From Octopus vulgaris (taxonomy: Eukaryota), in assembly GCA_951406725.2 (NCBI GenBank), contig OX597831.1:75020001-75084000 (forward strand): a stretch of DNA of 64,000 nt. The letters run 5' to 3'. Under the pieces are notes generated by a model, which was not told where the DNA came from, made no database searches, and saw nothing but the letters and a program-made list of their open reading frames with translations. Below, piece after piece: positions 52,713 to 64,000 of the stretch (the first letter of the stretch is position 1; every line of letters starts with the position of its first letter). A program made the position numbers and the translations under genes.

Positions 52713-55321
52713 CCACCACCACCAGTAATACATTACACTGTGTGTGTGTGTGTGGAGTTGGTAGATTGTCAGATAACTAGTAAAGAGGTTGGTGCTTCAT
52801 ATCACTGGTGTTTTTGTGTATCCAGGATCAAAACACTGAACATTTAATGGTGAGTCCCCTTGGGTCAGAAGTTGATATGACTAACCATTGTGCTGAATTT
52901 TGTTCTGGCTATTAAAAAAGAAAGTTACCTCTGATTGACTAGCTTTTTATCCTTGAGAAGAATCCTCTCATCTGCTTATCCTACAGAAACTGGAGGTGAG
53001 CACAGCCTCATCAATGGAATTTGGAGAATCATTTGTAAATTCCGGTTGATTTAATTGACCCCAATTCTCTTCCACTCCCAGACCTGTCATGTATCTCATC
53101 ATCGTCATTCAATGCTGGCATGTGTGAGATCAGTTGATAGGATCTGCTGTGACAGAGGACTGCACTGAGCTTCAGTGCCTGCTTTGGCTTCTCTTCTACA
53201 GCTGGATGCCCTTCCTAACGCCAACCATTTTACCGTATGTTTGGTTGTTTTTCTGTTTATAGCACCAACACTAATGAGGTTACCAAGTAACTCACAAAAC
53301 AAGACCCCGTTCATAGTGGGAGTGCAATATTGAGGGAAGTGGCTTTATCCCAGGTGTTGAGAGGCTAAAGTAAGAAAGAAGAAATAAAAACCACTCCACC
53401 CACATGAGTCGGAGTGTAGAGGGGGGGTGTCTAGAAGAAAATTGTTGTTTAGGTTTGAATGTTAGTAAATTTTGTTTGCGTGTTTCAATGTAAATAGACA
53501 AACGAATGCATTAATTGCTTATTTTTGTAGATAATTTGGTTGTGGCGAATCTCATTTGCCTGAATGAATATATTTCATATAATTGTTTTAAATTTATGTC
53601 TAATTGTTTTAGAATAAGAGATGGCTGCAAGTTACGAGAATATTTCTCTAAATTACTTTGAAGTAATTATAGGTTTCTTAAGAATATAAGAATAGAATAT
53701 GTGTTTGTGTATACGTGTGTGTACATCTCTATGTTTGTGTGTGTGCGTATATATATACATATATATATGTGTGTGTGTGTGTGTATTGTCATTTAACATC
53801 TATTTCCCATTCTGGCATGGGTAGAACAATTTGATTGGGAACCAATGAGCTGCAGGGCTGCACTGAGTTCCAATGCCATCTTTGGCTTGGTTTCTATGGC
53901 TAGATACACTTCCTAATGCCGACCAATTAACAGAGTGTAGTAGGTACTTTTTTCATGCCACCAGCACCAGTGAGGTTGCCATGTAACTTGCAGCACAGAA
54001 AAGGACAGAAATTACAAACCACCCTTGTTTTAACTGCCCCTTTCCCATGCTAGGGTTACACGAAATTCATTCAGGACTGATTTCCTATAGCCACATGGTC
54101 TTCCTGTCTCCAATCCTCACTTGTTTTTAAACAATATAATATCCCTTAGTCTTTTGAAAATAAACAGTCCAATCACTGGACATGTTTTCATGGAAGATTG
54201 CAACTGGAAAGCACTTGGATGATGGTGATATATGCATGGGTGCAGCTGTCCCTGCAACTGCATGTTTGTGTTAATGCTTTATTTCATCTTTGCGTCAATT
54301 TTTTCCATGCAAGCATGGTTAGAGGAATATATATTTGAAGCATTGTTTTACAGTTGGATATCCCTCCTATTGCTTTTACCTGATTTTTCATGTAAGGAAT
54401 CGTGTATTCTGTCGAGCTTTAAAGGTGCAATGCCAGGAAATGACTTGTTAGTAAGAGAAATGAAAACATCATCCCTGCTTCTGGTAGAGCAATTTTTGGA
54501 GTGGCACCAACATAAATGCACACACACACATACTAATGCATTCGATGTCTTAGCTACACATAGAGAGGGAGAGTGATAGATAGACCCTCATTTTAATTCT
54601 GCTACTGCCATTCTCACTCTCTATTTGTGGTTTGATCATCTCCTTCTGTGTTAGACAAATTATATAAACACTGGAAAATTATTATTAATGATATTATCTA
54701 TTCTCATCATCATAATTTTCCATCTATTTTCCATCCTGCTGTGGTTTGGACAAATCATCGTAGTCTTGCTTGTAACATTCCATTTTTGGCATGACAGATC
54801 ACAGTTTGTTTGCACATTCTATTTTTGACTTGGTTTCAACTGCTGGATACCTTTCCTATCAAACTACATTGCAGGGTGTACTGGGTGCATTTTAATGTGG
54901 AACCATCGCTGGGGGGATGGTTGTGTCCATGAAAAGATTAAAGGGTCCTCTTAAACCTGTGTTGTTTCTGCTCATTTACCAGCCATTTGTACAGAATGTA
55001 CTGGGTATCTGCAGTCTTGAATTTGATTTTTATCCTGTAAGACTAAAGAATTTGTTCAATACTATGAAGTGCTCATTTACTCAAGGTGATTGATTGATTG
55101 ATTGATAAGATGAATGGAAGAAAAACCAGGATGGGTGAGTTTGAGGTAGGAGTATAGTGGTAGAAACAGGGATTTGGTGTGAAGTGGGGTGGTTAGACAG
55201 AGAAGAGAGAATTAGTGGATAGTAATAGGGGTCAGCAATTGTAATGGATGGGTGGTTAGGGAAGTGGGTGTAGAGAGGGAAGAAAGAGTGATGACTGACA
55301 GTAAGCCAGGTATTTATTTCT

Positions 55322-55541
55322 TTATTTCTTTATTGCCTACAGGGGGCTGAACATAGAGGGGACAAACAAGGACAGACAAAGGGATTAAGTCGATTACATC
55401 AACCCTAGTGCATAACTGGTACTTATTTAATCGACCCCAAAGATGAAATGCAAAGTTGACCTTGGTGGAATTTGAACTCAGAACGTAACAGCAGATGAAA
55501 TACTGCTAAGCATTTCACCCAGCATGCTATCAACTCTGCCA
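55322..55541 (-). mobile_element. SINE family B
   Basis: Reverse complement match. Confidence 0.8.
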
Positions 55542-56040
55542 AGTATTGCCAAACATTAGCAATAGTAATTCAGTGCCTAGTAGAGTGGATTAGTGAGAGT
55601 GTCAGAGAGAGGGAGAGGGGAAGGCGTTAAAAATGTGGTGGTGAGGAAGCAGAATGATGTATGCAGACTTGACTAGGACAAGTCAGTTGTTGACTGCCAT
55701 GACACTGCATCCTTTAAGGCCCTCATGTTTTCCGAAATCCGCCGAAACTACACCTGGTTGTCCCCCTTCCATACTCATACACATATGTGTATGTCATGAC
55801 TCATGCTCTGTTCTTTTCCTGACGCTTGTACATTACCCTATGTACTATACATACACTTTAGATGAGTTGTTGTGCACCTGAGCACTGTACACAATGTTTT
55901 ATTATTATTTTAATATTGGATGAAAAACCCAAAGATCTATGCATTCAAACACACACACATACATACATACACACACACATTGACTACATTTCATGATGTA
56001 TAAGCACTTTTCATTAAAATATAGTTTTATAAACCTTCCT

Positions 56041-56081
<41 letters not shown>

Positions 56082-56082
56082 C

Positions 56083-56129
<47 letters not shown>

Positions 56130-56939
56130 GGATCTCCTTGCTTTTCATAAATTTAGGTTGTATTTTTGAAAAAAATTTTCTTTCCAAGTTAAGAATATGC
56201 GCTATGCATGCATGTGCATTATAAGTCAAATGTGTGTGTGTATGTGTGTGTGTGTACATATATAGTTATAGATATACACACACACAACTTTTTCCTGACG
56301 AAGGGCTGTGTCCAAAACATTGGATTTTTCACCCACTGCCAAGTTCACTGGGCGCTTTTTGTTGATTTTACTAAATACTAGTCTTGCCAATGCAGGCTAA
56401 CACCAGTCTTTGAGCCTGTTTTATCATATATGAATATATACACCCATATGTGTGTGTGTGTGTGTATATGTATATATATATATATACACACACACACATT
56501 AGCACATCTGCTGTCAAATAAGCGCATTGTGACCAGTGATTTGTAGCAACATCTGATAGCCTGGTCAGTCACGGTGATATATACATACGTATATATATAT
56601 ATACACACGCACACACACATACAGGAGGACAACAGAAAGTGTAGATGGTATTTTATGCTTTATATAATGGACGCTTGTTTCAGTAAGCCTGGCTACTGTT
56701 AATTAGATTGACCACCTTACATGATTAATGGCAGTCGGCTTGTTGAAACCTGTGTATGTTACATAAAGCATAAAACACTGGTTATGTTTTACTGTTTTAT
56801 TTCCCTGTATGGTGGTGTGGACCTTTGCACAACAGTTTATTTGGAGTCATAACAGTTATTGTCAAACCATGTTGAACATAGCAGTGGAGTGTTGAAGTTA
56901 TCTACCTTGCCTAATCCTTTTCATAGCATGTCATGCTTT

Positions 56940-57302
56940 CCAGAGCATTTGAGCGTGATTGTTACCAGTGTCGCCTTACTGGCACTTGTGCCAGTGGTAC
57001 GTGAAAAACATTCGAGCAAGATCGTTGCCAGTGCTGCCGGACTGGCTCCTGTGCAGGTGGTACGTAAAAAACACCATTTGAGCATGGCCATTGCCAGTAC
57101 TGCCTGATTAGCCCTCATGCCGGTGGCACATAAAAGCACCCACTACACTCTGAGTGGTTGGCATGTAGGAAGGGCATCCAGCTGTAGAAACTCTGCCAGA
57201 TCAAACTGGAACCTGATGCAGCCATCTGTTTCGCCAGTCCTCAGTCGAATCATCCAAGCCATGCTATTATGGAAAGCGGACATTAAACGATGATGATGAT
57301 GA
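56940..57302 (+). mobile_element. Family E element
   Basis: Three ~62-bp internal repeats, (GAT)n tail. Confidence 0.8.
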
Positions 57303-57843
57303 ATTTAGATATAGGATAAAATCTTTATAAGAATTTATCAAGTAGTCAGCATGAAAACCTTATAAGGGAAAAATTTATAATTATTCCCCTTAACACATAT
57401 TTATTATATTAAGGGCATTACTACACGTAAATGCCTCATGCTTTAAATTTAACCGGAATATATTCAGTGCTGAATTATTCTGAATATACACATGTACCGA
57501 GATGTAATTTGAAAAGCCCACTTCTTACATAGATATATAAGTGTGAACATTTTTTATGTGTTATGTTGGATGCATTTGCTGTTTGTCCTGTATGTTGAAT
57601 TTTGTTCATTTTTATGTGTTCTGATGTATGCCTGCACGGATGATTAGAAAGTGGATGATGTACACTATGAAATCATATGATTTGTGGCTGAATCTGTTTT
57701 TAAGAGACTACTTCCAAGTTGCGTTCCCTCACTGTTGGTACACTGTATATTTATTATGGTAGCTTTGACTTTGAGTCCCTCATAGCATGATACATTTATG
57801 TGTAGTAATGCCCTTAATATAATATAATATAATATATATATGT

Positions 57844-58126
57844 GGAAGCGCAATGGCCTAGTGGTTAGGACAGCGGACTCGCGGTTTCGATTCCCAGACC
57901 GGGCGTTGTGAGTGTTTATTGAGCGAAAACACCTAAAGCTCCACGAGGCTCCAGCAGGGGGTGGTGGCGATCCCTGCTGTACTCTTTCGCCACAACTTTC
58001 TCTCACCCTTTCTTCTGTTGGCCTGCTCGCTTAGCCAGCAGGGTGGCATCATTTGAAGGCTAAAACAATGCGAAGCGCATTGTGACCAGTGATGTGTAGC
58101 AACATCTGATAGTCTGGTCAGTCACG

Positions 58127-58130
<4 letters not shown>
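57844..58130 (+). mobile_element. SINE family C
   Basis: Homologous to 45893 and 60451. Confidence 0.85.
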
Positions 58131-58163
<33 letters not shown>

Positions 58164-58229
58164 CCTCCATCACTATCAACATTTATAATGTTCAATCCAC
58201 CATACTAACATAAGTGGTTGGGTTTTTAA

Positions 58230-58557
58230 CCCCTGACCTGGAAAAGACTAGTTAACTTGTCTTCACCCAATTTGTCTTTTCCAGAGTGCAATGAGTAAAC
58301 TCGTCCGAAACATATAATTTCAAAAATGGCCACAGGCGGGTTTATATGTCAGTTCTCAACATTTCTCGGTTCTTATCTGTTTTTCAATTTTTTACAAATC
58401 ATGCCCAGATGTTGATCTCAGAAGACAGCAATGAGTAGGAACTTTCTATTAAAAGCTTGGATACATCAGATGAGAGTTCAAGCTTGTCTGATAAAAAAAA
58501 AAAATTCGCCTGATAATGAAGCATTTTCTCCAAAAAACAAAGTCGCCGGGGAAGGGG
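58230..58557. mobile_element. piggyBac-like MITE (family 3)
   Basis: TTAA|CCCCT...AGGGG|TTAA with imperfect TIRs. Confidence 0.55.
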
Positions 58558-58684
58558 TTAATTTCAGTTACTCAGGCCAGTCCTTGCAGTGATACAAAAC
58601 CAAAATCTTATAATTGAATAAAGGGTTCTTATAACATGTATGTTATCCTCTTTCCAGTTCCATCTCTCAAATAGAAATGAAGAA

Positions 58685-59062
58685 GGCACAGGAGTGGCTG
58701 TGTGGTAAGTAGCTTGCTAACCAACCACATGGTTCCGGGTTCAGTCCTACTGCGTGGCATCTTGGGCAAGTGTCTTCTGCTATAGCCCCGGGCCGACCAA
58801 TGCCTTGTGAGTGGATTTGGTAGACAGAAACTGAAAGAAGCCTGTCGTATATATATATCTGTGTGTCTGTGTTTGTCCCCCTAGCATTGCTTGACAACCG
58901 ATGCTGGTGTGTTTACGTCCCCGTCACTTAGCGGTTCGGCAAAAGAGACCGATAGAATAAGTACTGGGCTTACAAAGAATAAGTCCCGGCGTCGATTTGC
59001 TCGACTAAAGGCGGTGCTCCAGCATGGCCGCAGTCAAAATGACTGAAACAAGTAAAAGAGTA
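58685..59062 (+). mobile_element. SINE family A, full length
   Basis: Near-identical to 23106-23502. Confidence 0.92.
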
Positions 59063-60270
59063 ATTTGAGTTAAATTTAGATTTATTATTTGCATGCATGT
59101 AGGTAAAACATTGCTGGTGTATGTGAGTATCGGTGTGTGTGTGTTTTGGGCTGAAATGGAGGAATGACTATCCTGGTGTCAGTAATTTTTAAATAAGTTT
59201 TAATTTTTACTAGAATTTCTAAAATTCTGGTTTTAATGAAAGCATCAAAATTGTAATTTTGTTTCCGTTGTAATCATAATTGTTGATTATTTTCTCAATA
59301 TTGTTAATGATAGTTCTTATTGCTAAATAAGCGCTTAAAGTACAGCAATTATTGTTGTTGTTGTTGTTGTTATTATTACAAACAGCAGAATGGAAATCAT
59401 TGTAATTATTATTATTGAAAACAGCAGAATAGGAATCAGCTTCATTTTTGAGGCGAAGCTTTGTGTGTGTGTGTGTGTGTGTGTCTGTGAATAGATACAA
59501 ATGTGTATAAGTATAGATATGTGCAAGTTACAATGAGGAAGTTAAGCAAAATACGTTTGGTGATTCTAATAAACAGAACTATGATGAAATTCTTTCTGTC
59601 ACAAATTGGCCTTGAGTTATTTTTTTCTATTTCATATTTGATAAAGGGAAGACTTCCTGAAATATAAACGCCCCTGCCCCTGTTTATAATTCCTTGTCTT
59701 GCGAGGTACTTGGTTACCCTGCCACTTCTGGTGCCACATTAAAAGCATCCAGTCAACTCTGTAACATGGTTGGCATTCGGAAGAGCATCCTGCTGTAAAG
59801 ATCATGCCAAAGCTAACCTCACCTGTCCTAGCATCATGTAAAAATCTCTGAGTCCACTCTGAGGAGTGGTTGGTGTTAGGAAGGACATCCAGCCGTAAAA
59901 ACCCTGCCAAAACTGACACAGTGGCCTAGGTAGATTTTTCTACCTGGCCAGCTCCTGTCATCCGTCTTACCCATGCATGTATGGAAGATGGAAGTTCAGT
60001 GATGATGATGATAATAGCATTAAGTAAGGATGTATTGTGTGTGTGTAAAAGGCATCTGTGCTAGTGACACATAAAAGGCAGCCATGCTGGTGACCTATAA
60101 AAAGCACCCACTACACTCTCAGGGTGGCTGGCATTAGGAAGGGCATCCAGCTGTAGGAACGAAGCCAAAATCAGACTGGAGCCTCGTACAGTTTTCTGGC
60201 CTTACCAGTTCCAGTCAAACCATCTAAGCATGGAAAACGAATGCTAAATTATGATTATATATGTAGCCAC

Positions 60271-60434
60271 TACACACATTTTTTTCTCTCCTTGTTTTTT
60301 CTGTGTCCCGTTCTGTAGAAGAGCATAGGCTCGAAACGTAAAAGACTTTTTCAATTCCTGAGCGTTATACTAATACATCTGTTTGTTTTGTACACCACCT
60401 GTCTTCGTCTTTTGTTTTCTTCGTAAACTCTCCC
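60271..60434 (+). mobile_element. HHR element family 3
   Basis: tt-CTGTAGA-a-gagc(atag)gctc-GAAACGT-A-aaagac at 60311-60346; flanked by (TA)n. Confidence 0.7.
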
Positions 60435-60450
60435 TATATATATATATATA

Positions 60451-60738
60451 TGGCCCAGTGGTTAGGGCAGCGGACTTGCGGTCGTAGGATCGCGGTTTCG
60501 ATTCCCAGACCAGGCGTTGTGAGTGTTTATTAAGCGAAAACGCCTAAAAGCTCCACAACGCTCCGGTAGGGGGTGGTGATCCCTGCTGTACTCTTTCGCC
60601 ACAACTTTCTCGCACTCGTCCTTCTGTTGGCCTGCTCGCTTAGCCAGCGGGGTGGCGTCATTCAAAGGCTAAAACAATGCGAACGCATTGTGACCAGCGA
60701 TGTGTAAAAACATCTGATGGTCTGGTCGGTCACGTGAT
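60451..60738 (+). mobile_element. SINE family C
   Basis: Homologous to 57844-58130. Confidence 0.85.
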
Positions 60739-60784
<46 letters not shown>

Positions 60785-60791
60785 GCACGCA

Positions 60792-60823
<32 letters not shown>

Positions 60824-62844
60824 CGCACGCGAGTGAGTGAAGCTGTATGCATGTTTGACAATGCAATGAAGACTCTAGTAGCCATCGTTAAGGATGACCA
60901 AGGAGTCCCGAGGTGACTTTAAATGAAGAAGAGTTGTGCACTATCAGCCCCATCCTATTGTCCAGCAGCAAGACCACGTCAAGATGACTGGGGATGGAGA
61001 TGTTGACAACCAAGATGGCTTACTTGTTCCAGCTTGCTCTCTGCACTCTACAATGTGTTGCTGCAATTTCCTTGCCCTGCATCGAACTCTGAGGGTGCAT
61101 GTGTGCATCTTTTAAGCTCCAGCATGGCTTGACAACTGGTGCTGGTGTGTTTACATCTCTGTAACTTAGCGGTTCAGCAAAAGAGAGCGATAGGGTAAGT
61201 ACTGGGATTGATTTCTTCTAAAAAGAAACCTTCAGGGCAATGCTCCAGCATGGCCGTAGTCTGACGGAAACAAGTAAAGAATAAAAGATTGTGTGTGTGT
61301 GTGTGTGTACACCATCATTCAACATTCACTTTCCATGCTGGCATGGGTTAGAGGGTTCAATAGCAAGTGCTACACTAGGCTCCGATTGTGTTTTTTTAGC
61401 ATGGTTTCTACAGTTGGATGCCCTTCCTAATGCCAACCACTTTACAGAGCGCACCGAGTACTTTTTACATGGCATCAGCACGTGTGTGTGCGCGTATACA
61501 TAGTATACCTATAGTTCTGCTATATATGAAAACGATGTGTTTAGCAAGCTATGTTTTGGCACGTAAAGCGTTCATGTGGCAGATGTTGGTCGACCATACT
61601 AACTCAGCTAAAAGTATGACCGGTTAATTGCAACTACTTAAATCTTGGAAAATGCAAAACTACTTATCCAGTGTTTCAATACACAAATATGACAATCTAC
61701 ACACCTACAAACACGGGTGGGTATTGTACCGTTTACAGTTGAGGGTGGAAAGCACAAATAGCATTATTGATGCATTGTTTAGTCATTAGTTGTCCTTCCT
61801 GTTGCTAATCTTTATTTGTTTTTCAAGTGATTTTGTGTGCTAGATTCACTCACAAAATTTTGGTCAGTTCAGGGCCACAGCAGAAGACACTAATCCTAGC
61901 CGTTGGTCAATCTGTAGGAGAAGTCATAATTGGGAAGGAAATTTCTTTACCATACAGCCATGTCCATAATGTGTGCGTTTGTGTGTGTGTGTGTGTGTGT
62001 GCGCGCACACACTTTTCTTTCTCTTTGTTACATTCTAACCTTTCATTGTCTGATGCAAGTTCCCCTCCTCAAATGACCTGCCCCTCTCATAATTCCTTGT
62101 CTTATGAGTTACTTGGTTACCCTGCCAGTGCTGGTGCCATGTTAAAGGCATCCAGTCCACACTGTGAAGTGGTTGGCATTTGGAAGGACATCAAAGCTAA
62201 CCTCACCTGTGCTAGTATCGTGTAAAAATCTCTGAGTCCACTCTGAGGAGTGGTTGGTGTTAGGAAGGACATCCAGCTGTAAAAACCCTGCCAAAACAGA
62301 CACAGTAGCCTTGGGTAGATTTTCTACCTGGCTGGCTGTCAACCATCCTACCCATTATTGCAAGGAAGATGGATGTTAAATGATAATAGATAGATAGGTG
62401 TGTGTGTATATCATCCTTATCATTGTTTTAGTCTCTGCTTTTTCATGCTTGCATGGGTCAGATGGAATTTGTTGAGACAGATTTTTTTATGGCTGGATGC
62501 CCTTCCAGTTTTCAACCTTCACCTGTCTACAATGAAGGTAATATTTCCTTCAAGACCAGACGTGTTTTTACAGAAGAATCAAAATGGACACCATGTGCTT
62601 GATGGTGACATCCATTCACAAGAATCATGGAGGCAGTAACATAAACATACACATTCACATATTCATCCATACGTGTGTCTATACATACATATAAAATAAA
62701 CAGGGGTAAAAGAGTATTTATAGCTAAAACCGTAAGTCCAGAAATAAACCGGAAGGGGTCAATACTGCCACTACCGAGAAAATAACAACTTCCTCTTTAA
62801 GAGCACGTGTGTTGGAAAAGGTTAAACAAAAGCACTCACACACT

Positions 62845-63101
62845 AGAAGAAAAAAAATACTCCCTTGGACCATGTTAACACAAAAATTATTTACATCAAA
62901 AAGGTGCTTTTTTTTTTCTATGAAAATCCCAATTTTTTACGATTTATTTTTACTGTTGTGTCGCCATTTTTCGGTGTATTTTAACAAGAAAAATGTACAC
63001 TTAAAGAGAATAATGAGAATAATGCAAAATTTTTACTTTTCAAAAATTCCAATTCTAAAGGGTCGAAATAAAACCCGAGCAATGCTAGGCGATACTGCTA
63101 G
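62845..63101 (+). mobile_element. Helitron 3' portion with a different 5' flank
   Basis: Homologous to about 12488-12740, ending gatactgCTAG|T. Confidence 0.8.
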
Positions 63102-63115
63102 TATATATATATATA

Positions 63116-63315
63116 GTAAATCCCCAAAAAAGAACAAACACAAAAACCAACAATGCAAGGTTGTGGTACATGCAAAGTATTAGCAGATGCTCAGGGAAGG
63201 AAAGAAAGATGGTTTAATGTTTTGAGCAGACGCTCTTCTTCAGAAACAGAGGAAAGTCCAATAGAAAGTAAGACAGAGGAAGAAAATCGCCAACGATTCA
63301 CATGTGGTTACATTT
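63116..63315 (-). mobile_element. HHR element family 4
   Basis: Reverse complement gttt-CTGAAGA-a-gagc(gtct)gctc-AAAACAT-T-aaac at 63212-63247. Confidence 0.65.
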
Positions 63316-64000
63316 TGAAAAATAAAATGTGTGTATGTATATATATATATATATATATATTATAATTCTGAAATGCGAAAAGTTTGTTTGTTTGTCTGGT
63401 TTGGGCATTGAGAACGGGTTAAAGGCCACTAGATCCCGTCGGATTGACTCCAAAATTTACAGGAACATGTAAAATGAGGTGAGGATGCAAGTGAGCTAGG
63501 TTAGAAATCCCCATCTTAAAAGGTGTCATTGCTAGGGCCAAAAACGCACTTTGACAAGTCTACTCTCATTCTTTTATGTATCTGTCTTCCTCCATCACTC
63601 ACTCTCTTTCCTCCCTTCCTTTTACAATCTATCTGTGACGTCGTTTCACAGCGTCTACCTCCCTTACCTCCATTTTCTCTCTATAACGTCGTTCCACAGC
63701 GTCCTATCCCCCCACTGCCTTCGACAGCGCTTTCACAATCTATCTCTACGTCTGTCTGCATTCATAGAGAGAATTATCATCGACACCACCACCACACAAT
63801 CATGAGAACAAATATTATGTCAGATATTTATTGGGTTAATTTATATATGTGTGTGTGTTCTATATATATAAATATGTATATATAATGTATATATACAAAG
63901 TGTATATATCTGTATTTATTTATTTATTTATATATAATTTGTATACATTTATATATACACACACCACACTTAAGGGTCACCTTAAGCTAGTATATATATA

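Overview
AT-rich (roughly one-third GC by eye) animal non-coding DNA. The repeat families and dense (TA)n/(CA)n/(AAT)n microsatellites resemble an Octopus genome (inference). I found no intact protein-coding gene; almost all ORFs in the track come from microsatellites or repeats. The window is a mosaic of tRNA-derived SINE families, an RTE-tail element, decayed non-LTR retrotransposons (RTE-type RT, R4/Dong-like RLE ends), a mariner remnant, non-autonomous Helitrons and piggyBac-/hAT-like MITEs. The main hidden signal is about 12 minimal type-I hammerhead-ribozyme (HHR) motifs in at least four families of short non-coding elements. Several carry inverted fold-back duplications typical of Penelope-like elements, and one family is fused to a tRNA-derived Pol III head. 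Also notable: a G-U-rich pre-miRNA-like hairpin at 9.8 kb in a TE-poor, promoter-like region, and two or three local templated insertions copied from 1.5-2.5 kb away. Most repeat boundaries are approximate.
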